Both the position numbers and the translations under genes were made by a program. Of a stretch of 64,000 nt of DNA, positions 50,014 through 59,739 are shown piece after piece. The notes under the pieces were generated by a model, which saw only the letters and a list, made by a program, of their open reading frames with translations, ran no database searches and had not been told where the DNA came from. Origin of the DNA: Candidatus Spongiisociaceae bacterium (GTDB lineage Bacteria > Actinomycetota > Acidimicrobiia > Spongiisociales > Spongiisociaceae); assembly GCA_965202665.1 (NCBI GenBank), contig OZ241841.1, positions 2,592,001 to 2,656,000 of the forward strand. The letters run 5' to 3'. Position 1 is the first letter of the stretch; each line of letters begins with the position of its first letter.

Positions 50014-50820
50014 ATGTCGGATCGGGGAGAGGCGAGGCGCGCCAGGCTGAAGAAAAGCCTCTACGAGGCGGAGCTGGCCAAGATGCGCACCGAACTGGTC
50101 AAGCTGCAGGACTGGGTGCAAACTCAAAACCTGAAAGTGGTGGCCCTGTTCGAAGGGCGGGACGCGGCCGGCAAAGGGGGCGTGATCAAACGGATCGTGG
50201 AGCCGCTCAACCCCCGCATCGCCCGGGTGGTGGCGCTGGGCGTGCCCACCGAACGGGAACGCACCCAGTGGTATTTCCAACGCTACGTCCCGCACCTGCC
50301 GGCCGCCGGGGAAATCGCCCTGTTCGACCGCTCCTGGTACAACCGGGCCGGGGTGGAGCGGGTGATGGGATTCTGCTCCGACGAGGAGTACTGGGAGTTC
50401 CTGCATTCCGCCCCCGAGTTCGAACGGATGCTGATCAGGTCGGGAATCATCCTCATCAAATACTGGTTCTCGGTTTCCGATGAAGAACAGGAACGGCGGT
50501 TCCAAGCCCGCTTGGACAGCCGCAACAAGCGGTGGAAGATCAGTTCCATGGATCTGGCCTCCCGCTCCCACTGGGTGGATTACTCCAAGGCCAAGGACGT
50601 GATGTTCGAATACACCGATGCCTACGATTCGCCTTGGTGGGTGGTGGACGCCGACGACAAGCGCCGGGCCCGCCTGAACTGCATCGCCCATCTGCTGACC
50701 CGGATCGAGTACCGGGACGTGCGCCCTCCCGGCCTGGAACTCCCGCCCCGCCAGGAACCCGACTCGGAGTATTCCCGTCCCGCCAAAGGGGCCCAGCGGT
50801 GGGTGCCGGAGGTCTATTGA
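50014..50820 (+). CDS. ppk2: Polyphosphate kinase 2
   Basis: 'FEGRDAAGKGG', 'WYFQRY', 'FDRSWYNRAGVE', 'DDKRRARLN'. Confidence 0.96.
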   Translation: MSDRGEARRARLKKSLYEAELAKMRTELVKLQDWVQTQNLKVVALFEGRDAAGKGGVIKRIVEPLNPRIARVVALGVPTERERTQWYFQRYVPHLPAAGEIALFDRSWYNRAGVERVMGFCSDEEYWEFLHSAPEFERMLIRSGIILIKYWFSVSDEEQERRFQARLDSRNKRWKISSMDLASRSHWVDYSKAKDVMFEYTDAYDSPWWVVDADDKRRARLNCIAHLLTRIEYRDVRPPGLELPPRQEPDSEYSRPAKGAQRWVPEVY

Positions 50821-50863
50821 ACCCCCGTTCCCGGACGGGCGGCGATTGTGGGAAACTGGAGGC

Positions 50864-50962
50864 ATGAGACGATTTCCCAAATGGGTGACGGTGGTGGTGT
50901 GGATCACGGTGGCGGGCATGGTGCTCACCCTGCTGGGCTCCGCCGCCCTGTCCATTTTCTAG
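50864..50962 (+). CDS. 32-aa single-TM micro-protein (not in ORF track)
   Basis: SD GGAGG. MRRFPKWVTVVVWITVAGMVLTLLGSAALSIF, stop 2 nt before the trmI ATG. Confidence 0.6.
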   Translation: MRRFPKWVTVVVWITVAGMVLTLLGSAALSIF

Positions 50963-50964
50963 TC

Positions 50965-51789
50965 ATGGCGGCGGGCGACCCGTTCCGGGAGGGGGAGCCG
51001 GTTCTGCTGTTCGACGACCGGGACCGCCGTTATCTGCTCCACCTGCGGGCGGAGGGGAACTTTCAGTACCATTTCGGCTCCCTGCCCCACGCGGCCCTGA
51101 TCGGTTCCCCGGAGGGAAAGGTTTTCCGTTCCTCCAAAGGGGCCCCGCTGACGGCCTTGCGCCCCCGGTTGGGGGATTACATCCTCAAAATGCGACGCGG
51201 CCCGCAGGTGGTTTACCCCAAGGATCTGGGGGCGGTGCTGCTCTACGCCGACATTTACCCGGGCCTGACCGTGTTGGAAGCGGGCACCGGTTCCGGGGCT
51301 TTGGCCATGACGTTGACCCGGGCGGTGGGCCCCTCCGGGCGGGTGATTTCCTACGAAGTGCGGGAAGACCACGCCCGCCACGGACGGGCCGCCCTGCTCA
51401 AGCATTTCGGGGAACTGCCCGACTGGTTGGAACTGCGGACGGGGGATGTGGCCGACGGCTTCGGGGAGGCGGCGCCCGACCGCCTGGTGCTGGACATTCC
51501 CGAACCGTGGGCGGTGATGCCGCAGGCGGCGGCCGGGATGCGGCCGGGGGCGGTGGTCTGCTGCTACCTGCCCACCGTCCCACAAGTGGAACAGTTGCAC
51601 CGGGCGCTGGAGGAAACGGGACGCTTCATCGACGCCGAAACCTTCGAGATACTGCGGCGCACCTGGAACATCCGGGGCCGTTCGGTGCGCCCCGACCATG
51701 GGATGGTGGGGCACACCGGTTTCATCACCGCCGCCCGCCTCTGCGAGCCGGAGGAGGACCCGCCGACCCCGCCCGGGGAAAGCCCGTAG
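50965..51789 (+). CDS. trmI: tRNA (adenine58-N1)-methyltransferase
   Basis: 'MRRGPQVVYPKD', 'LEAGTGSGAL', 'LDIPEPW', 'VRPDHGMVGHTGF'. Usual position before arc. Confidence 0.93.
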   Translation: MAAGDPFREGEPVLLFDDRDRRYLLHLRAEGNFQYHFGSLPHAALIGSPEGKVFRSSKGAPLTALRPRLGDYILKMRRGPQVVYPKDLGAVLLYADIYPGLTVLEAGTGSGALAMTLTRAVGPSGRVISYEVREDHARHGRAALLKHFGELPDWLELRTGDVADGFGEAAPDRLVLDIPEPWAVMPQAAAGMRPGAVVCCYLPTVPQVEQLHRALEETGRFIDAETFEILRRTWNIRGRSVRPDHGMVGHTGFITAARLCEPEEDPPTPPGESP

Positions 51790-51852
51790 CCGGAATATCG
51801 CCGAAATCCGCCCCGCCCGGTATACTTGCCACCGCCAAGCCAGGATGAGGAC

Positions 51853-53592
51853 ATGAGCCAACAACCGGACCGAAACGAATACGAACGGCGCATCGCCGCC
51901 CTGCGGGGAACCGTTCAGTCGTTGGAGGACGAAGTTTCCCTGTTGCGCCGCCGCCTGCAGGACGCCCCCGGCAAAGTGCGGGTGCTGGAGGCCCGCTTGG
52001 CGGAAACCAAAGGCAACTTGGCGCAGGCCGTCGGGCAGAACGAGAAACTGGCGGCGGTGCTGGAGGAAGCCCGCGAACAGTTGGCGGTGTTGCGGGCCGA
52101 AATCGAAAGACTGACCGCCCCGCCCAACCAGTTCGGGGCCGTGATGGGGGTGAACAGCGACAGCACGGTGGATGTGATGACCGCCGGGCGCAAACTGCGG
52201 GTCAACGCCCAGCCTTCCATCGACATCAAACAACTGCAGCGGGGGCAGCAGGTGTTGCTGAACGACGCCATGAACATCATCGAAGCGCGGGATTTCATAC
52301 GGGGGGGCGAGGTGGTGTTGATCAAAGAGACGCTGGGGGACGACCGGCTGGTGGTGCTGGCCCACGCCGACGAGGATCGGGTGGTGGAGTTGGCCGAGCC
52401 TTTGATGGACACCCCGTTGCGGGCGGGGGATTACGTGCGCATCGAGTCCCGCACCGGATTGGCCTATGAGAAACTGATCCGCCCCGAGGTGGAAGAGCTG
52501 ATTTTGGAGGAGGTTCCGGAGGTGGGATACGAGCAGGTGGGCGGCCTGCGGGAGGAAATAGAGGCCATCCGGGACGCAGTGGAGTTGCCGTTCGTGCACC
52601 GGAGCGTGTTCGACGAGTACGGACTTGTGGCCCCCAAAGGGGTGTTGCTGTACGGGCCGCCCGGGTGCGGGAAAACCCTGATCGCCAAAGCGGTGGCCCA
52701 CAGCCTGGCCCAGGCGGCCGCCCAGCGTTCGGAAAGCGCCGACGTCCGCTCCTATTTCCTGAACATCAAAGGCCCGGAGTTGCTCAACAAGTACGTGGGG
52801 GAAACCGAGCGCCAGATACGGCTCATCTTTCAGCGGGCCAAGGAAAAAGCCGACGAAGGCGCGCCGGTGGTGGTGTTCTTCGACGAGATGGATTCCCTGT
52901 TCCGCACCCGCGGCACCGGCATATCCTCGGATGTGGAATCCACCATCGTCCCCCAGATCCTGTCCGAGCTGGACGGGGTGGAATCGTTGCGCAACGTGAT
53001 CGTAATCGGGGCCTCCAATCGGGAGGACCTGATCGATCCGGCCATTCTCCGCCCCGGCCGCCTGGATGTGAAAATCAAGATTTCCCGCCCCGACGAGACC
53101 GCCGCCCGCCAGATATTCGGGGTCTACATGAACCCGGATCTCCCGTTCGACGAGCGGGAGTTGGCCGCCTGCGGGGATGATCGGCGGAAGCTGGTGGACG
53201 GGCTGATCGAACAGGTTGTGGAGCGGATGTACTCCACCGAGGAGGGGAACCGTTTTTTGGAGGTCACCTATCAGAACGGCGACCGCGAGGTCCTTTATTT
53301 CCGGGACTTCGCCTCCGGGGCGATGATCGAGAACATCGTCCGCAGGGCCAAGACCGGGGCCGCCAAACGCCGTATCGAAGGCGGGCCGGGCGGCATCCGG
53401 GCCGACGACCTGCTGTCGGCCATCAAACAGGAGTTCCGCGAACACGAGGACCTGCCCAACACCACCAACCCGGATGACTGGGCGAAGATCTCGGGCAAGA
53501 AAGGCCAGCGAATCGTCTATGTGCGCACCCTGCTCAAAGGCGGCGGCCAGTCGAGAAGCATCGAGGCGGTGGGAAGCGGCCAGTACCTGTAA
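51853..53592 (+). CDS. arc: Proteasome ATPase ARC/Mpa
   Basis: Coiled coil, 'GPPGCGKT', 'FFDEMD', 'RPGRLD', C-terminal GQYL. Confidence 0.97.
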   Translation: MSQQPDRNEYERRIAALRGTVQSLEDEVSLLRRRLQDAPGKVRVLEARLAETKGNLAQAVGQNEKLAAVLEEAREQLAVLRAEIERLTAPPNQFGAVMGVNSDSTVDVMTAGRKLRVNAQPSIDIKQLQRGQQVLLNDAMNIIEARDFIRGGEVVLIKETLGDDRLVVLAHADEDRVVELAEPLMDTPLRAGDYVRIESRTGLAYEKLIRPEVEELILEEVPEVGYEQVGGLREEIEAIRDAVELPFVHRSVFDEYGLVAPKGVLLYGPPGCGKTLIAKAVAHSLAQAAAQRSESADVRSYFLNIKGPELLNKYVGETERQIRLIFQRAKEKADEGAPVVVFFDEMDSLFRTRGTGISSDVESTIVPQILSELDGVESLRNVIVIGASNREDLIDPAILRPGRLDVKIKISRPDETAARQIFGVYMNPDLPFDERELAACGDDRRKLVDGLIEQVVERMYSTEEGNRFLEVTYQNGDREVLYFRDFASGAMIENIVRRAKTGAAKRRIEGGPGGIRADDLLSAIKQEFREHEDLPNTTNPDDWAKISGKKGQRIVYVRTLLKGGGQSRSIEAVGSGQYL

Positions 53593-55067
53593 TGGCCCTG
53601 CCCGCGGTTATCGGCGCCGAAACCGAATTCGGGATCACCGGCCGCAATCAGCCGGACTGGAACCCCACTTTGGCCTCCTCGCAGGTGGTCAACGCCTATC
53701 AGGGGGGACGGGTGCGGGTGCAGTGGTCGTTCGACGAGGAGACCCCGGGCAACGACGCCCGCGGTTTCGGCTACGAGGGCTACGGAGCGGTGGAAGCCGA
53801 CACCGGTTTGATCAACGTGGTGCTGTCCAACGGGGCCCGTTTCTACGTGGATCACGCCCACCCCGAGTATTCCAGTCCGGAATGCGCCGACCCGCGCCAG
53901 GCCGCCCTGTACGACAAAGCGGGGGAGCGGGTGGCGGAGGAGGCGGCGGCGGCGGTGCGCCGCGTCCTGCCGGAGGGGGAGGACCTGCGCATCCACAAAA
54001 ACAACAGCGACGGCAAAGGCAACTCCTACGGCTATCACGAGAACTACCTGGTGTCCCGCGATTTGCCCTTCGCCGACCTGATCCGGTTCGCCACCACCTG
54101 GTTGGTCACCCGCCAGATTTTCACCGGTTCCGGCAAGGTCGGCTCGGAGAACGGCCGGCCGCCGGCGGAATACCAGTTGACGCAGCGGGCCGATTTCTTC
54201 GAAGAGGCGGTGGGGTTGGAAACCACTTTGAAGCGGCCCATCATCAACACCCGCGACGAACCGCACGCCGACGTCTCCAAATACCGCCGCTTTCATGTGA
54301 TCATCGGCGACGCCAACATGTCGGAGGTGCAGACTTTCATCAAGCTGGGGGCCACCGCCCTGTTGCTGTCGGCGGTGGAAGACGGCGCCGTCCCCGACGA
54401 TCTGGAGCTGGCCGACCCGGTGGAGGCGGCGTGGCTGGTCAGCCACGACCTGTCCCTGCGCCGCCCCCTGCGGCTGGCGGCTGGCGGCGGGGCTACCGCC
54501 TTGGAGATGCAACGGCAGTATTACGAATGGCTGTCCAAATATGCGGAACGGGAGTTGCCGGAACCGGTGTGGTCGGAGGTGTTGGAGGAGTGGGGGGCGG
54601 TGTTGGACGATCTGGAAACCGACCCGCACCGCACCGCCGACCGGCTGGACTGGGCGGCCAAATACCGGCTGGCGGAGGGCTACCGGGCGCGGGACGGCCT
54701 GTCATGGAACCATCCCCGCTTGGCGATGGCCGCCCTGCAGTACCACGACGTGGACCGGGGCAAAGGTTTGGCGTACCGTTTGGAGCAACGGGGGGATCTG
54801 CGGCGCCTGTTCACCGACGAGGAGGTGGAGCGGGCGGCCGCCCACCCGCCCGCCGAGACCCGGGCTTTTTTCCGGGGCAGTTGCGTGGACCGGTTCGCCG
54901 GCGCCTTGCTGGCGGCCAACTGGGACTCCTTGTTGTTCGACGTCGGGGAACCGAATTTGAAACGGGTGCCTATGATGGAGCCCCTGCGGGGGACACGGGA
55001 CCTGGTCGGCGGCTTGCTGGACTCCTGTCGGAGCCCGGCGGACCTGCTCAGGGCTCTGGGCGAGTAG
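53592..55067 (+). CDS. dop: Pup deamidase/depupylase
   Basis: 'GAETEFG', 'NGARFYVDHAHPEYSSPE', 'NTRDEPHAD', 'AANWDS'. Confidence 0.96.
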   Translation: MALPAVIGAETEFGITGRNQPDWNPTLASSQVVNAYQGGRVRVQWSFDEETPGNDARGFGYEGYGAVEADTGLINVVLSNGARFYVDHAHPEYSSPECADPRQAALYDKAGERVAEEAAAAVRRVLPEGEDLRIHKNNSDGKGNSYGYHENYLVSRDLPFADLIRFATTWLVTRQIFTGSGKVGSENGRPPAEYQLTQRADFFEEAVGLETTLKRPIINTRDEPHADVSKYRRFHVIIGDANMSEVQTFIKLGATALLLSAVEDGAVPDDLELADPVEAAWLVSHDLSLRRPLRLAAGGGATALEMQRQYYEWLSKYAERELPEPVWSEVLEEWGAVLDDLETDPHRTADRLDWAAKYRLAEGYRARDGLSWNHPRLAMAALQYHDVDRGKGLAYRLEQRGDLRRLFTDEEVERAAAHPPAETRAFFRGSCVDRFAGALLAANWDSLLFDVGEPNLKRVPMMEPLRGTRDLVGGLLDSCRSPADLLRALGE

Positions 55068-55118
55068 TTTTAGTCCGGATGGAAACCGGGCGACCCGGCG
55101 AGGAGAACAGGAGGCGCG

Positions 55119-55310
55119 ATGGCCCAGGAACGGAAAGGCAAACAGCCTGCGGGACGCGACCAACGCGAGGAGGCGGAGCGGATCGACGTGCGTAACACCG
55201 ACGAAAGCCAGATGGAGAAGATCGACGACCTGCTAGACGAGATCGACTCGGTGCTGGAGGAGAACGCCGAGGAGTTCGTGAAAAACTACGTCCAGAAGGG
55301 CGGGCAGTGA
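55119..55310 (+). CDS. pup: Prokaryotic ubiquitin-like protein
   Basis: 'DDLLDEIDSVLEENAEEFVKNYVQKGGQ'. Confidence 0.97.
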   Translation: MAQERKGKQPAGRDQREEAERIDVRNTDESQMEKIDDLLDEIDSVLEENAEEFVKNYVQKGGQ

Positions 55311-56104
55311 CCGATCCGGTTTGGCCGTTTCCCCCGCTGGCCCCCGCCGGGCCCGCGGCGGGTTTCACCGAACTGTTGCGCAACCTGGATCTGGCCCCCG
55401 ATTGGGAGGTGCGGGGGGCGGACCTGTCGGCGGTGGCCGCTCCCGAAGCCACCACCGTCCTGGCCTTGCGCTTCCGGGACGGGGTGGCGATGGTGGGCGA
55501 CCGGCAGGCCACCGCCGGATACGACGTAGCCCACCGCCGCGTTCAGAAAGTGTTTCCCGCCGACGGGTTGTCGGCGGTGGCCGTTTCCGGCACGGCCGGG
55601 CTGGCCGCCGAGCTGGTGCGTCTCTTTCAGACCGAACTGGAACACTATGAGAAACTGGAGGGGGTGCGGTTGAGCTTGGACGGGAAAGCCACCTATTTGG
55701 CCCGGATGGTGCGCATGCAACTACCTTTGGCCATGCAGGGGCTGGCGGTGGTGCCCCTGTTTTGCGGTTACGAGCCGTCGGACGGGGCCGGACATGTTTT
55801 CACCTTCGACGTGGTGGGGGGGCGGTACGAGGAACGGGATTTCGGAGCGGCCGGTTCGGGGAGCCGGGAGGCGCGATCTTTTCTGCGGGGGGTCTATCGG
55901 CCGGACTCCGATCAGCGGACGGCGGTGGATCACGGGCTGGGGGCGTTGGTGGCCGCCGCCGGGCAGGATCTGGCCACCGGCGGCCCCGACCTCCGCCGGG
56001 GCATCTATCCCAATGTGGCGATCGTCACCGAAGACGGTTTCTCCGAAATGGACGAGGAGACGGTGGCGGAGGCCGCGCAACGGGCCTTGGAGTCGGCGGC
56101 GTGA
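55307..56104 (+). CDS. prcB: Proteasome beta subunit
   Basis: Propeptide, then 'TTVLAL', 'GDRQAT', 'LEHYEKLEG', 'GSGS'. Confidence 0.95.
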   Translation: MTDPVWPFPPLAPAGPAAGFTELLRNLDLAPDWEVRGADLSAVAAPEATTVLALRFRDGVAMVGDRQATAGYDVAHRRVQKVFPADGLSAVAVSGTAGLAAELVRLFQTELEHYEKLEGVRLSLDGKATYLARMVRMQLPLAMQGLAVVPLFCGYEPSDGAGHVFTFDVVGGRYEERDFGAAGSGSREARSFLRGVYRPDSDQRTAVDHGLGALVAAAGQDLATGGPDLRRGIYPNVAIVTEDGFSEMDEETVAEAAQRALESAA

Positions 56105-56769
56105 CGTTTCCCTTCTACGTACCGCCCGAACAGCTGGTCAAAGACCGGGCCGAGTACGCCCGCAAAGGCATCGCCCGGGGCCGCTCCATCGCCGCCTTGC
56201 AAGTGGAGGAGGGGGTGGTCGTCCTGGCCGAAAACCCGTCCCGCACCCTCACCAAAATTTCCGAAATCTACGACCGGATCGCTTTCGCCGGGGTGGGCAA
56301 GTACAACGAGTTTGAGTCGTTGCGGGTGGCGGGGATCCGCTACGCCGATGTGAAAGGCTACCAGTACGGGCGGGCGGACGTGACCGCCAAAAGCCTGGCC
56401 TCGGCTTTCTCCCAGACCTTGGGGAACATTTTCGTGCAGGGGGTGAAGCCGTACGAGGTGGAGATACTGATCGCCGAAGTGGGGTTGTCCGCGGAGCGGG
56501 ACGGCCTGTACCGGGTGACCTACGACGGAACGTTGTACGACGATCAGGGGGTGGCGGCCATCGGCGGGCAGGCGGAGGCGCTGTTGGAAAAACTGGGGGA
56601 AGGCTATCAGCCGGGAATGCCGATGACCGAAGCTTTGAGCATGGCCGCCGCCGCCTTCCGGGAGGTGCAGGAACGGGAAGCGGAAGGTTGGGAGGGGGCC
56701 CTGCTGGACCGTGGGGGATCCCACCGGCGGTTCCGCCGTCTCGCCGCCGAAGAACTTTCCAAAATCTGA
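56101..56769 (+). CDS. prcA: Proteasome alpha subunit
   Basis: 'PFYVPPEQLVKDRAEYARKGIARGRS', 'KISEIYDRIAF'. Confidence 0.95.
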   Translation: MTFPFYVPPEQLVKDRAEYARKGIARGRSIAALQVEEGVVVLAENPSRTLTKISEIYDRIAFAGVGKYNEFESLRVAGIRYADVKGYQYGRADVTAKSLASAFSQTLGNIFVQGVKPYEVEILIAEVGLSAERDGLYRVTYDGTLYDDQGVAAIGGQAEALLEKLGEGYQPGMPMTEALSMAAAAFREVQEREAEGWEGALLDRGGSHRRFRRLAAEELSKI

Positions 56770-56811
56770 CCGCGCCCCCGATGCGGGTACGGGCGGGTAG
56801 CCTGGGGAAAT

Positions 56812-58167
56812 ATGCAACGGCGCATCTTCGGGTTGGAAAGCGAGTTCGGGGTTACTTGCACTTTGCGGGGCCAGCGGAGGCTCAGCCCGGACGAGGCGGC
56901 CCGGTACCTGTTCCGCAGCGTTGTTTCCTGGGGGCGCTCCTCCAACGTTTTTCTGGAAAACGGGGCCCGGCTGTATCTGGACGTGGGCAGCCATCCCGAA
57001 TACGCCACCCCCGAATGCGACGACATTTTGGATTTGGTGGCCCACGACAAGGCGGGGGAGCGGTTGCTGGAAGGGTTGCGCCGCACCGCCGAACGCAAAC
57101 TGGCCGAAGAGGGCATCAAAGGCGAAATTTTCCTTTACAAGAACAACACCGACTCGGTGGGCAACTCCTACGGATGCCACGAGAACTACCTGGTGGGGAG
57201 GCAGGACGACTTTCAGCGCGTGCTAGACACGCTCATTCCGTTTTTGGTGACCCGCCAGATTTTCTGCGGGGCGGGGAAACTGCTGCACACCCCCCGGGGG
57301 ACGGTGATGTCCATCGCGCAACGGGCCGAGCACATCTGGGAGGGGGTGTCGTCGGCCACCACCCGCTCGCGCCCGTTGATCAACACCCGCGACGAACCGC
57401 ACGCCGACGCGGAACGGTTCCGGCGCCTGCACGTCATCGCCGGCGACTCCAATATGAGCGAATACGCCACCTATGTGAAAGTGGGCGTCACCATCGCCAT
57501 CTTGGAAATGCTGGAGGATAGGGTGGCTTTCCGCGATATGACCATGGCCAACCCGATTCGGGCCATTCGGGAAATCAGCCACGACATCACCTGCCGCCGG
57601 ACGGTGCGCCTCAGCAACGGGCGGGAACTGTCGGCCTTGGACCTCCAGTGGGAATATTTGGACCGGGTGATGCGCTATGCCCGCAACCCGGGCTTTTCCC
57701 CGCCGGTGGCCAAAGCGGTGGAAATGTGGGAGTTTTTGCTCACCGGCTTGGAAAAAGACCCGCTGTCGCTGGGCCGGGAAGTGGACTGGGTGATCAAATA
57801 CCATCTGCTGGAGCATTACCGGCAACGGCACGGCTTGAAGTTGTCCGACCCCCGGCTGTCGCTGTTGGATTTGAGTTACCACGACATCAACCTGGACCGG
57901 GGGCTGTATTACATACTGGCCGGCAAAGGGTTGCTGGATCGGATGGTCACCGAAACGGCGGTGCGCGCCGCCGTCTCCTCCCCTCCGCAGACCACCCGCG
58001 CCCGGTTGCGGGGCGAGTTCATCGCCGCCGCCAAAGCCAAAAAACGGGATTACACGGTGGACTGGGTGCACCTGAAACTCAACGATCAGGCGCAACGAAC
58101 GGTGCTGTGCAAAGACCCTTTCATAGCGGTGGACGAACGGGTGGAGCGCCTAATCGCAGGCCTCTGA
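56812..58167 (+). CDS. pafA: Pup-protein ligase
   Basis: '[11 protein letters not shown]', '[15 protein letters not shown]', '[23 protein letters not shown]'. Confidence 0.97.
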   Translation: MQRRIFGLESEFGVTCTLRGQRRLSPDEAARYLFRSVVSWGRSSNVFLENGARLYLDVGSHPEYATPECDDILDLVAHDKAGERLLEGLRRTAERKLAEEGIKGEIFLYKNNTDSVGNSYGCHENYLVGRQDDFQRVLDTLIPFLVTRQIFCGAGKLLHTPRGTVMSIAQRAEHIWEGVSSATTRSRPLINTRDEPHADAERFRRLHVIAGDSNMSEYATYVKVGVTIAILEMLEDRVAFRDMTMANPIRAIREISHDITCRRTVRLSNGRELSALDLQWEYLDRVMRYARNPGFSPPVAKAVEMWEFLLTGLEKDPLSLGREVDWVIKYHLLEHYRQRHGLKLSDPRLSLLDLSYHDINLDRGLYYILAGKGLLDRMVTETAVRAAVSSPPQTTRARLRGEFIAAAKAKKRDYTVDWVHLKLNDQAQRTVLCKDPFIAVDERVERLIAGL

Positions 58168-58295
58168 TCCCGTCCTCCGGAGCCCTCCTCGGCCCGGTCG
58201 CATAACTTTCCAACCCTCCTATGCTGGCGCGCTTGGAGGCCTCCCCCGAACGGCGGCGGAAAAATAGCGGCCATGCCCGAAAGGAGATCCGGCGG

Positions 58296-58826
58296 ATGCG
58301 CCCTGGCAAAAATTACGACGAAGCGGCCTTGCTGGAAGAAGCCCGCCGCGAGTTGGAGCGGGAGGAATGCCGCTTCCAGGATTCGATGCGAACCATCCGC
58401 TGGTGGTCGGCGGGTTGCCTGGCGGTCACCACCCTGCACGGCGCCCTTCCCTACGGGCTGCTGGAGGGACTGGACAGCGGGGCGGCGCGGGGAGTGACGG
58501 CCTGCGTGATCGTCTCCCTGTGCGGATGGGCCTGGGCGGCGTGGGGGTCGGTTCGCAGGTTGCGACCGCCTACCCGCCCCGCCCGGTCGGATAGTTTGCA
58601 ACAAGCCTATCTGCAAGGCAACTCGGTTGACGCCAGACCGGCGTTGCATGAAATATGGGGCGACCCGGATAATGCCGACCCCGACGAGGGAGTAATACAG
58701 GCGCTCGCCAAGCAATTGAATTCCATGGACAAGAATGCCGTAGAAGTATATAACCTTGTCAGAAGGGCGTGCGTTGTCACCGGTTTGGCCGCTATCACCG
58801 CTTTTTTCGTTGTTGTGCTAGGGTAG
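58296..58826 (+). CDS. Hypothetical 3-TM protein with Pycsar-effector-like topology
   Basis: SD AAGGAG. N-terminal helix, TM-TM-P-loop-helix-TM layout. Confidence 0.55.
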   Translation: MRPGKNYDEAALLEEARRELEREECRFQDSMRTIRWWSAGCLAVTTLHGALPYGLLEGLDSGAARGVTACVIVSLCGWAWAAWGSVRRLRPPTRPARSDSLQQAYLQGNSVDARPALHEIWGDPDNADPDEGVIQALAKQLNSMDKNAVEVYNLVRRACVVTGLAAITAFFVVVLG

Positions 58827-58831
58827 CCGCC

Positions 58832-59653
58832 ATGACTACTGTATCGCCCATTTCGACTCGGATCCCCACCTACGACGAGATGGGGGTTCGCGACACCATT
58901 CTCAAGCATCGGGCTGCCATAACCGCCATAGTAGAAGTCGAACACCACCTGAGTTCCATTAAGGTTTTGCCGCAGTTCAGGGTTAAGGTCACGGACGGGG
59001 ATCCGGGCGCGGTGGAAACCGCCGTGCGCCTGCCGCCGGGTTTCCGCGATCCGGAGATTGAGATGAAAGCAAAGCAAGCTGGTGAATATGAATGGCGTTT
59101 CCCCGGCTGGACGCGACGGCGGCTAAACGAGGTTCCCGCCCTGTGGCCTGCGGTCAAAGTGTTTACCGGCCGGGTCGAGGAGAGATGGCCGGATGATCCG
59201 AAGCCCGGAGTTTGCCGGATCGAGGATATGAGGTGGGGCGGCGAATTTGCTAAGCGGGTCGAGCAACAGATTGCGGATAACATCCTGTCGTCCCTGTACG
59301 GCCATCTTCGAGATGACCTCGGTCGGGAGGTTTCCCCCCTTCCGTCGGATGCGATACCGCGGGCTGGGTTGCGCCGCGGCGCTGCTTCGCTGATCATTCG
59401 TCATCCGTCCACCCCCCACGTCGGCTTGTCCGCGGCCCCCGACGACGGCCGCCCTCGTCCCCACTCCGACCTGGTTTCCGACTTGATTCCGCCGGGGGCG
59501 ATGATCGTGTGCGAGGAGGCGCAAGCAGGATTGGGGGTGGGAGCGCGGGTTACATATCCCTGGTTTTATTACCGCTGGCGCCTCAAGGTGATTATCCACT
59601 ACCGCTGGGCGGTCACCGCGCCGGAGGCCTTTCGCCTGTTCGCCGTCGCTTAG
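58832..59653 (+). CDS. Hypothetical 273-aa protein, possible remote HK97-fold (encapsulin/capsid-like)
   Basis: Starts 5 nt after the upstream stop. C-terminal 'LKVIIHYRWAVTAPEAFRLF' and central helix 'FAKRVEQQIADNIL'. Fold call is tentative. Confidence 0.45.
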   Translation: MTTVSPISTRIPTYDEMGVRDTILKHRAAITAIVEVEHHLSSIKVLPQFRVKVTDGDPGAVETAVRLPPGFRDPEIEMKAKQAGEYEWRFPGWTRRRLNEVPALWPAVKVFTGRVEERWPDDPKPGVCRIEDMRWGGEFAKRVEQQIADNILSSLYGHLRDDLGREVSPLPSDAIPRAGLRRGAASLIIRHPSTPHVGLSAAPDDGRPRPHSDLVSDLIPPGAMIVCEEAQAGLGVGARVTYPWFYYRWRLKVIIHYRWAVTAPEAFRLFAVA

Positions 59654-59739
59654 CCCGGCGGACCGCTGCCCGCCGCCGGATTAGGATTACGCCAGGGGTT
59701 GCGGCGACGGAGGGGCTCATCCGTAAAATCATCAAAACC

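Noticed and set aside
55440-55460. PrcB propeptide ends in Ala (PEA-TT) instead of Gly
   Set aside because: Catalytic Thr and Lys are intact, and this substitution alone does not support a claim of novelty.
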